Assembly: GCA_040954595.2 (NCBI GenBank) | Contig: JBECUI020000029.1 | Coordinates: forward strand, 248,001 to 312,000 | Reading direction: 5' to 3' | DNA: 64,000 nucleotides | Origin: Balanoglossus misakiensis | Taxonomy: Eukaryota; Animalia; Hemichordata | Part shown: positions 1 through 8,559 of the stretch, piece after piece | Layout of the letters: each line of letters opens with the position of its first letter | How positions within the stretch are numbered: the first letter of the stretch is position 1 | The notes under the pieces: model-generated | The model's database searches: none | Seen by the model: the letters and a program-made list of their open reading frames with translations, nothing else | What the model was told of the DNA's origin: nothing | Program-made: the position numbers and the translations under genes

Positions 1-183
1 CATATCTGTTGTTTTCCCTGTGTCACTGCCATCAAAGTAAAAATTAGACGTTGTGTAGAGCAAACTCCAATTTTTTGTTCTCAATAAACATGGATGAATT
101 ACATAGAATGTGTTTGTTGTTTACAGTCTTTAAATGACACATTAGATTATGCACTTTACAAAACGTTTCTGAGAAACAAGTGA

Positions 184-678
184 CTAACTAGTTTCTTTCC
201 ACTGTGGCCAACGTGGTTCACTGTTTGTGTCAGAATCTCTCTGTTTTGCAAGGATTTTGAAATCATAGTGGTGACATGCATAGTGAAAATCAGCTACTTT
301 CAAATGTCCGTCATGTTCATGCTGTAATTGAATTTTCAAAGCTGGGCTGGCGTGTTTTTTCTTATTTACATAAGTATCACACTTTATACATGTATCTTCA
401 TGGGGTTTTTTGAGTCCCGTATTTAGGTCCTCTCTCACAATTTTACGAAATATCGTATAACTGACAGTTGTTCTTCCCAGAAGAGATTGGTTGGTTATGA
501 ACTCTCGGTGTAACTGCGATATACTGTGGGCCGGCGCCAGGTACGGTTTAAATCGAGGATTCCTGCAGTAGTGAGATTCTACAATTCTGTGCCTGCGTAC
601 GTGTTCAGTGATATCAGTCAGCAAATTTGGATTGAGTTTCCGACGATGCCCTTTGTGTCGGCCCCTTGCATCTGGCAT
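184..678 (-). pseudogene. 5'-truncated duplicate of the transposase N-half ORF (part of a 902-bp tandem duplication)
   Basis: Protein matches the last 164 aa of ORF 1086-2048 except D>A and R>K. Offset is 902 bp and homology stops at 'cagaccagt' (~687). Confidence 0.85.
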
Positions 679-1085
679 CAGACCAGTAAAGTTCCATGTG
701 CATTCCTGGCCCTGGTTTTATTTATGTTTACAGACAATATTGCATTTTTGTACAAGTATTTTAATCAACTATAAATTTTGAATGTGTCATTTACCTGAAC
801 CGGTCATGTTGACCAGAATGATACATTTCTGCCTTCACTCACCCTATAAATATGTGATTGAGACATAGGTCATTTGCATAAGCTAACATACCAGAAAGTA
901 AGCATATCTGATGTTTTCCCTGTGTCACTGCCATCAAAGTAAAAATTAGACGTTGTGTAGAGCAAACTCCAATTTTTTGTTCTCAATAAACATGGATGAA
1001 TTACATAGAATGTGTTTGTTGTTTACAGTCTTTAAATGACACATTAGATTATGCACTTTACAAAACGTTTCTGAGAAACAAGTGA

Positions 1086-2042
1086 CTAACTAGTTTCTTT
1101 CCACTGTGGCCAACGTGGTTCACTGTTTGTGTCAGAATCTCTCTGTTTTGCAAGGATTTTGAAATCATAGTGGTGACATGCATAGTGAAAATCAGCTACT
1201 TTCAAATGTCCGTCATGTTCATGCTGTAATTGAATTTTCAAAGCTGGGCTGGCGTGTTTTTTCTTATTTACATAAGTATCACACTTTATACATGTATCTT
1301 CATGGGGTTTTCTGAGTCCCGTATTTAGGTCCTCTCTCACAATTTTACGAAATATCGTATAACTGACAGTTGTTCTTCCCAGAAGAGATTGGTTGGTTAT
1401 GAACTCTCGGTGTAACTGCGATATACTGTGGTCCGGTGCCAGGTACGGTTTAAATCGAGGATTCCTGCAGTAGTGAGATTCTACAATTCTGTGCCTGCGT
1501 ACGTGTTCAGTGATATCAGTCAGCAAATTTGGATTGAGTTTCCGACGATGCCCTTTGTGTCGGCCCCTTGCATCTGGCATCAGACCAGTTGAACAGTGCA
1601 TCATTTTGCTTAGAACGGTTCTAGTCCGCCTCTCACTAATGCCAAATAATTTCAGGAATGCATTTTTGCAGACAGTAACCGTTTCACCGCCTTCATTCAC
1701 CAGGTGATAACGAACCGATTTCTTGTGTGACTTCATCTGCATATCCATCAGTTTGTAGAGCATCAAGTTCTGTTCATTATACACGCGACCATCAAAATAT
1801 TTTCTCGTGGTGCCTAAAACATGCGTACTCCCAAGCTTCCGCATACAATTCCCTTGAACGCAGGCGCATTCCAAGGAAAGACTGTCAATATCTGGAAAAG
1901 GGCGATTTTTCCTTGGTTTTTGTCTCGGACACGTCTTTTTAGAATTCCTACGTGGCTTGTTGGCTCGAGCTGACAGTTCGGTTCTGCGTTGCTGCCACAC
2001 AGGAATGGGTTCCCACGCATAAGCAACTCCCCGGCAGGCCAT
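1086..2042 (-). CDS. N-terminal half of a Sola1-like DNA transposase (Cys/His-rich, putative DNA-binding); no catalytic domain
   Basis: Intact ORF, first ATG at 2042. Motifs CACVQGNC, VCKNAFLKLFGISERR, DARGRH, ESHYCR, VSYTIFRKI and PHEDTCIKCD..H..H are the ones that normally precede the DDD core in this transposase family. AATAAA on - strand at 722-717. Confidence 0.75.
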   Translation of the reverse strand: MACRGVAYAWEPIPVWQQRRTELSARANKPRRNSKKTCPRQKPRKNRPFPDIDSLSLECACVQGNCMRKLGSTHVLGTTRKYFDGRVYNEQNLMLYKLMDMQMKSHKKSVRYHLVNEGGETVTVCKNAFLKLFGISERRTRTVLSKMMHCSTGLMPDARGRHKGHRRKLNPNLLTDITEHVRRHRIVESHYCRNPRFKPYLAPDHSISQLHREFITNQSLLGRTTVSYTIFRKIVREDLNTGLRKPHEDTCIKCDTYVNKKKHASPALKIQLQHEHDGHLKVADFHYACHHYDFKILAKQRDSDTNSEPRWPQWKETS

Positions 2043-2089
2043 GGTCACAGCTGAAGTATTTGTTCAAGTACTGACTGACTAAACGCGGC

Positions 2090-3223
2090 ATGGAACAAAC
2101 GAACGAACGACTTCACGTTCGGAAAAAAAATCGTTGCGAGCTGTTGGGTGCATGCCTCTATAGTTGTCGGCAACCGTTCTTTTTTATTGCTAAACAATGC
2201 TGTCAGAGCATGGAAGGTGTGGTGGAAAACGAACAGAGGTTTTGTACGACCAACGATTGGATGGTGCTACATATGGACTTCCACAAGTCATTGCCGGTTC
2301 CTAAACTCAGCTCTGAAGACTTTTACTTTAAATCGAAATTGCAAATGAAGCTCCTTGGAATTTACAACGGGACAACGGAAAAGATGCATTGTTATGTATG
2401 GACAGAGCTCGATAGCAGAAAGTCTCCCGATGAAGTTATTACCTGTCTAAATCACTTTTTTTATAACTCGGGTGTGACCAGCAGACATGCAGTTATTTAC
2501 AGCGACAACTGCCGTGCCGAATTCAAGTGTGGGAAGTTAATGTTTTACTATGACTATCTGTTACGAAAGGGCGTGTTTCGACGAATTGACTATAAAACTC
2601 TTGTGGCTGGACACACGTACTCCACCTGTGACCGAGTTTTTGCGTCCATTGAAAGGCATGCAAGTCGTTTCCAGAGTATAGAGACACCTCACGATTGGAC
2701 ATCTGTGATTCGAGGATCTTCTCTGAATGGGAACATTGGAGTTACGGAGATGACTCACAGAGACTTTTTCAATTATTCTGATTTCCTGAAAAATGAGTAC
2801 GTTGTGCGTTATGCAGATACAAACAATGTAACTTTTTACTACCAAGCCATGCACTATTTTAATTTTGGAGAAGGAGAAAGGCTTGATACCGACGGCAACC
2901 TCAGAACATTTAGTCATGCAGATAAAGTTTGGGTGAGAACATCTCTAGATCCAAGCGAGACCCCGATTGTAGTCGACTTTAGAAAGAAGAAGCAGAACCG
3001 GCGTTTACAAGATTGTACGCTGAACAAACTTTATCAGGAACGTCGACCACTGGCGAGCAAAGTTTGGCGGGATCTTCAGAGTTTAGCCAAAAATTACCTG
3101 TCTCCGGAGGCAATAGAATTTTATAGGAATCTACCGCTTCAGGAGAGTAGTGGCACCTCTGCAGACCCGTACGCCTTTCATGATGATGACGACGACGATG
3201 ATGATGATATGGGCGGTGGTTGA
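2090..3223 (+). CDS. C-terminal catalytic (RNase H fold, DDD) half of a Sola1-like transposase; true start may be ATG 2210
   Basis: Motifs MDFHKSLPVP, CYVWTE..RKSPDEVITCL, YSDNC and LVAGHTYSTCDRVFASIE give three candidate catalytic Asp. Acidic poly-D tail; AATAAA overlaps the stop codon. Confidence 0.8.
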   Translation: MEQTNERLHVRKKNRCELLGACLYSCRQPFFFIAKQCCQSMEGVVENEQRFCTTNDWMVLHMDFHKSLPVPKLSSEDFYFKSKLQMKLLGIYNGTTEKMHCYVWTELDSRKSPDEVITCLNHFFYNSGVTSRHAVIYSDNCRAEFKCGKLMFYYDYLLRKGVFRRIDYKTLVAGHTYSTCDRVFASIERHASRFQSIETPHDWTSVIRGSSLNGNIGVTEMTHRDFFNYSDFLKNEYVVRYADTNNVTFYYQAMHYFNFGEGERLDTDGNLRTFSHADKVWVRTSLDPSETPIVVDFRKKKQNRRLQDCTLNKLYQERRPLASKVWRDLQSLAKNYLSPEAIEFYRNLPLQESSGTSADPYAFHDDDDDDDDDMGGG

Positions 3224-3384
3224 ATAAACTGTCCTTTTCATGACGACAGTGATTTTGGATATTTGATGTGCGTGCACAGTTTATATGTAATATTTTCACA
3301 CGAACGAGTTTTGACTGAATTTGATTAAAGAATGTACTCGATAATTAACAAATGTGCTGAATCGTGGTTATTATGTTGTTAATT

Positions 3385-3424
3385 TTTGTTTGTTTGTTTG
3401 TTTGTTTGTTTGTTTGTTTGTTTG
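3385..3424 (+). repeat. (TTTG)10 microsatellite (also present in blocks 2 and 3)
   Basis: Read directly from the sequence. Confidence 0.9.
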
Positions 3425-3557
3425 TAAACAATTTCCGTTCATTCAACTGGCTACAAAGTTGGATTTTTGTACTGGGAAGCGATAAACTCGCACATCAAAA
3501 CCGGGGAGACTCGATCATTTTTCCCTGCAGGTAGCCTGAAAAGCACCCGGGCAGAGA

Positions 3558-3631
3558 TTACGTCATATATGGTCCACTTTAATACGAAATTATGCAAATG
3601 TGACATTTCACGGAAACGGCGTATATAAAAG
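3558..3631 (+). promoter_or_regulatory. Putative Pol II promoter of the WH-SET gene
   Basis: CRE-like TTACGTCA (3558), octamer ATGCAAAT (3592) and TATATAAAAG (3622), about 100 bp upstream of ATG 3723. Confidence 0.55.
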
Positions 3632-3722
3632 CGACCCTGGGCTATTGTTCGGAATGCGTCATCGACGAGAGAGTGACTGATAATTCTTCTACCTCGAGTC
3701 AACCATTCTGTATATACTGAAC

Positions 3723-5060
3723 ATGGCTAGCTGGCGCAGGAAGAGACAAGGCAATGTGCGGTCTGTAATCAACGAACGGCACCGCTCAGTTCAGTGTCCC
3801 TTTCTTCAAAAGTGGATCGGTGAGCAATTGGTATTTTCAGGTCGTTCAGAGGATGAAGTCCAGTCCAGTACTGTATTTGAGAGCTACAAATGTTGGGTTG
3901 AAAACTATTCGTCGGCGGACAATCAAGTAATGATTATGGTTACTAAAGCTCGATTTTTCAAGGTGAGAATGATCGCATTTTTCTTTCCCCCCCCCCCCCT
4001 CCCTCCCTCCCTCCCCCAAGGGACTCGTTTTCTGTCTCTTTTAAACCTGTAACTTAACGAAAAGGAAGTTTTTCACATATCTCTTCGTTGACACTATAGC
4101 AATTTGGAGCGCGGATGCTTCAAGAGAAGAGCGTTACCAAATCAAAGTCGGCCGGGGTTAATATTTATAGAGGTGTTCGTCTGAAAGCTGGTTCGCGAAG
4201 AATCTCAACGGGGAAACCTGAGCACAGTGTACTTCAGACCAGGGCAAGGGCATTTCTTGATGACGCCAGCGTGACCGTTCCGATCGAGGTAAGAATGGTG
4301 TTTTGTTTGGACTAGGACAATAGAACGTTGCAATGAGTGTGTCAATGGGTGTCCAAGTGCAAACGTGGTCTGCTTCTGTCCACAAATGCCATTAATTTTT
4401 GGCAGGATTTATAAAATTGTCAATGAAGAATACAAAAATGAAAAACAACAGTTAATAGCAAACTGGTAGGATTGCAAGGGCTTGTAAAACGGTACACACT
4501 GTACCAGGAAGTTTGCAACACTAATGAAGAATGTATATGATATATTTAGGTGAGAACTGTTCGCGATCGCCGGGACGCAGGACGGTGCGCGTTTTCGACG
4601 AGGGATATTCAAGCCTGGGACGTCGTCTGCGAATACCGGGGCACGGTTATTAGCGTTGAAGAAGCTAGTCGGCGTGATGAGCTTTACAGGGCAGAGGGGA
4701 AACGACCACGCATGTTCCATCTCTACATTGGAAAGAGACACGTTGTGTGAGTGTATCACTTAGTCGAATATATGGTCATATATTGCAAAGCATCTGTCGA
4801 AATAGAAAACGTAATATTGTCTATATTTTCCTCATTAACGCAGCATTGACGGATACGATGTCCCAGCCGGTGAAGAAAATTTAGCAGGCCTAATAAATCA
4901 CAGTCAGCAGAACGCCAACTTGGTACCGGTTCGGATCGGAGAGCGCCTGGTTTTCTTTGCAACCAGGAATCTTTGTCAGGGAGTAGAGCTTTTGTATGAT
5001 TACGGTGACGGGGGTGAAGAGGATTTCTTCAGTGGTTCTCAAACTTTTCCTGAAAATTAA
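3723..5060 (+). CDS. Spliced 280-aa winged-helix + SET-domain lysine methyltransferase (PR-Set7/SETD8-like); exons 3723-3962, 4100-4288, 4550-4746, 4844-5060
   Basis: Three GT-AG introns (donors GTGAGA, GTAAGA, GTGAGT) join in frame to 843 nt. SET motifs: GRCAFSTRDI, VCEYRG, IDG, LINHS, RLVFFATRNL, ELLYDYGD. N-terminus FLQKWI..VQSSTVFESYKCW..FFKQF..IYRGVRLK resembles RFX/D5-type winged helix. Confidence 0.85.
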
Positions 5061-5963
5061 GGCATTAACACATCAACGCTTCGGGGTGTCGTAACGGCGG
5101 CGCGGCGGGGGGGGGGGGGACGTGAAAATGTTTGTATCAGGAACAAAATTCCCGTGCAAATCACCTTGATCCGGGTGGGTGGACTATTCGCGACAAATGT
5201 TGAAATCATACAAAGCATTTTACTTAATTAACCCATTTTTTTCATTTATTTGTTTACAGTTTACAACGTCATAGAGAAGTTGAACTAGAGACTGGATCAG
5301 CGTGGGTGACACCATAGTACACCAATGTTTTCTTCAGTTTGATTCAATTGTAATTTAAAACTGAGATTGCCTAACGCTTTCCCAGATTTTTTTAACCACT
5401 GAGAAACTGTGGGTTTTTTTCTGGGTTTTGGTGCGAGGTGATCTCAGTCAGTGGTGTTAATTTAATTAATCATTTTCTTTTCCTATTTACGTCGACTGAA
5501 ATGTATTTTGATAGGTGATAGTCATACCATAAAAAAAATCTTACGGCGCGACTGCCAAAATGTACATTTATTTGTCCGTTCCAAGTTATTTTGTGTATGT
5601 GTGATGGGTGCCGGTGACTGTGCAGGGTTGATTTCCCTAGAGCGACTGTTATATTCGTTTTCCAACGATGATGAATTTACATGTTATTTGCTTGGCATTT
5701 TGACGCAGAGACACTTCTGAAAACACAAACCTATTAATTATGCCACGGGTGTAAATTGATCACATTAAAAGAGGCTTTAGACGTTTGCCGCGAGCTCCTG
5801 GTGGGCAGAATCTTGTCAGCCCAAATTTGACTATAAGTACATAGCCAATGATGTGACGCTCTCCCACATCCTTCGCCGCGCCTTTTCGCTGATTTACAGC
5901 ATCTTGCGTAAACACTGTCATTTGATCTTGCTTGGCAGAAGTCAACTTGCTCTATACTACATT

Positions 5964-6329
5964 ATGGCGGCCAAGCTCAACTGCATATCAGATAATGCCA
6001 AGGAGCGTTTGAGAGGCATCCTCGCCAGAAGGAGTCGCGTTTCCGGTGACTGTGTGCTCTGGACGGGTGCAGCTTGTCGAAACGGCTATGGCTCTATTAC
6101 GTTCAGAGATGAGAACACTCTAACCGCCTATGTCCATCACATTGCACTCCTAATTAACGGAGTGCAATTGGTGGGCAGGCGGTTAGAGTGTTCTCATCTT
6201 TGCAACGAAAAGCTATGCATCCGCCCAGAGCACATTGTCCAGGAAACGCGACTCCTAAACATTTCACGAAAGACGTGCTTTAAATCCCCAAAAGGGGAGT
6301 GTCACCACGATCCCAGGTGCCTAAGGTGA
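5964..6329 (+). CDS. His-Cys box (His-Me finger, I-PpoI-like) endonuclease, ~121 aa
   Basis: CVLWTG..NGYG..YVHH..SHLCNEKLCIRPEH..E..LNISRKTC..ECHHDPRC parallels the I-PpoI SHLC..C..H..E..N..R..C..C.H..C pattern. First ATG is at 5964. The stop lies within a consensus donor AG|GTGAGT, so the end may be spliced. Confidence 0.85.
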   Translation: MAAKLNCISDNAKERLRGILARRSRVSGDCVLWTGAACRNGYGSITFRDENTLTAYVHHIALLINGVQLVGRRLECSHLCNEKLCIRPEHIVQETRLLNISRKTCFKSPKGECHHDPRCLR

Positions 6330-7238
6330 GTAATCCTCTTCTCATTTGATATGTATTGTGTGACCCTGCAGTTGAAACGCTTTCATCAATAATTTGCGGC
6401 GCGTGGGTAATCTCGGTGTTATTGACAATGCAGCCGGCCCAAACATTTTTAAATTAACACTGTTTCTGACTGTATTAACGAAATGTCCAATTTGCAAGTA
6501 GCCTATAGACAACCCTTTTGAATGAGTTTTGTCTCGTTGAGATTTTATACATAAGGAACAATCTAGATTTATTTTAGAAGACACTGTTCTTTTAAAACAG
6601 CTAGCATAATACAGCTAAATTTCGGAATTTCCGGACAATTTTCGGAATTCCTTTTAAATTTGAGAAATTTTTCATCAGATATAAGTGTTACTATTTATTG
6701 GACATGTTTTTATCATTGTTTACTTTTTAAGGTCATTCTCACCCCCCCCCCCCCCAAAAAAAGCCGCTTTAGGCTTCATGTTCAGTAAAAAATCTGGAAA
6801 GTTCAGCTGAATTTTACACTGATCACACATTTTTGGGAAGGTCTGGCGCAAAATAAAGGATGACAAATGTAAATCTAATGTCACATTTGTAAACCTCTAA
6901 GTATTGTACACTCATTCTATTAAGTATATGCAAATAGTACGGATAATTTTTTCGGAATGTGGAATTCCGAAATTAGTTCGGAACGTGTTAGCAGTGAAGA
7001 GATCACCACTGAGGGTTGGAAGGCCTTGCCAGAAATTAACGCGTAAAGTACGCCCTCACAGGCCATGTAAACAAGGTCAAATAAGGCCGTCTGGCAAACG
7101 AATGATTAATTCAACGCGCCATTTGAGCCGAGCTGAGTTGGTCTGAGTTGCGTATCACACAGACTTAGGCTGAATGTCAGTGGAGTAACCAGTCCGTTTT
7201 AGATTTACCAATGATGTGAATTTAATTTCTTCACCCAG

Positions 7239-7641
7239 AAAAACAGAACACAACTTGTCTGCAACATGATGCTGGAGGTGACACATGACAGAGAAGTGGA
7301 TCCGCGTTGTCAACACAGATGCCAGCATTCAAAAGGGGAGTGCCACCTGCTAAAATCAACTCATCTGCTGTTGGCCCATTTTACCTGTGGCAACTGTTCA
7401 GAGGAGACAACGTTTATTCCGTGCAAGCCAACACGCAATGTTGGGGTCTACCTGTCAACACAGATGCAAGCATTCATGTGAGTGAGTATCAGGACTGACC
7501 TTGTATTTGCTGAATAATTCATAATGCCTATTTTAGAATTCTTAGAGGCATTTGGAGTTCATTGCCTGGTCAACCAAACTACACCCCTTAACAGCTGAAA
7601 CAAAATGCGTATTGTGTTCATTCATTCATTGCATCAATATA
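7239..7641 (+). repeat. Diverged proto-monomer of the satellite, with exon-like segment 7239-7477
   Basis: Shares aactcatctgctgt, cacagatgc.agcattcat, gtgagt, gcctatt.tagaattctta and ttcattcattcattgc with the monomer. Acceptor ttcttcacccag and donor gtgagt are present. Confidence 0.75.
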
Positions 7642-7644
7642 TAT

Positions 7645-7905
7645 AGGCAACATGAGTATCAAGTAGCACTATTTGTTTACGATTGTATTCATGAAAACTT
7701 CCCACTAACAATTCCACAGTTAATATTGAACACATTTATCCAACAAGGTCAAAAGAAAAAGGGAATCTTCTGGTTCCAAAATACGCCACAAATGTGGGTC
7801 AACATACAGTGAAATATTATGGTGCTCAAATATGCAACATATCAAATCTGTCTCATCAAAGTCATGCTTTAAAAAAGAATTGAAAAGGTATTATTTATCC
7901 ATTTG
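7645..7905 (+). pseudogene. Decayed 3' end of a CR1/L2-clade LINE ORF2
   Basis: Frameshifted pieces YQVALFVYDCIHENFP / HIYPTRSK / LLVPKYATNVGQHTVKYYGAQICN / SCFKKELKRYYL match the typical post-RT C-terminus of these LINEs. Confidence 0.6.
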
Positions 7906-8384
7906 ACTGCTGTATTTTCAGAAGGAAAACAAACTGAATTTGGTTTTTCAAGTACCTTATATTTTCTGTAAAATAGACATTTAATTGGCAAGCCGTCCTG
8001 CATCAATTATTAATTGTGTACATGCACTAAAGCGCCCTCACTGCTGGGTGTGTTGTATGGTCTTTAACCCTGTTTCAAATTAGAGTACTTTCTGCAATTT
8101 CAAGACAGATCTTACGTGCCATTGGAGAGCTCCATTGACTGGTCATTCATACTGTTTTCATTCATTCATTGCGGCATCAATATATTTTATCTATTCTAGC
8201 CAAAGAGCTTGGCACCTGTTGAAATGAACTCATCTGCTGTGGGCCAGTTTATTGGTGGCAGTTGAGCTGAGGAGAGCACCTTCCTTCCCGGCACGCCACC
8301 AAGTAAAGTTCCACGCCGCCCACCACAGATGCCAGCATTCATTCATGCGAGTGAGTGTAATTGCAAATTTGCCTATTCTAGATC

Positions 8385-8559
8385 TGTAATGGAAATGGAG
8401 AAAGTACCTTATATTTTCTGTAAAATAGACATTTAATTGGCAAGCCGTCCTGCATCAATTATTAATTGTGTACATGCACTAAAGCGCCCTCACTGCTGGG
8501 TGTGTTGTATGGTCTTTAACCCTGTTTCAAATTAGAGTACTTTCTGCAATTTCAAGACA
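8385..8559. mobile_element. 175-bp non-autonomous inverted-repeat element (TGT..ACA, GATC duplication); representative copy, present in every 452-bp monomer
   Basis: Left end TGTAATGGAAATGGAGAAAGTAC vs reverse complement of right end TGTCTTGAAATTGCAGAAAGTAC (18/23). Flanked by GATC on both sides; absent from short monomers. Confidence 0.7.

Larger units (their letters stand above)
1..7949. mobile_element. Gene block copy 1 (5' truncated by window) of tandem composite element: split transposase + WH-SET + His-Me endonuclease
   Basis: Same ORF set recurs at offsets of about +32404 and +52933. Differences seen are a couple of SNPs and homopolymer lengths. No terminal inverted repeats identified. 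Confidence 0.8.

Noticed and set aside
4406-4465. Possible extra SET-gene exon (IYKIVNEEYKNEKQQLIAN)
   Set aside because: The acceptor at 4405 gives an immediate stop in phase 0; direct 4288-4550 splicing yields a clean SET start.
5390-5460. Short inverted repeat aaccactgaga..tctcagtcagtggt as an element terminus
   Set aside because: Too short and interrupted, with no TSD or other support.
526-7146. Short alternative-frame or antisense ORFs (e.g. 526-774, 2561-2917, 2979-3299, 4409-4759, 5508-5720, 6342-6584, 6904-7146)
   Set aside because: They overlap better-supported genes or lack motifs, and most lack an ATG start.
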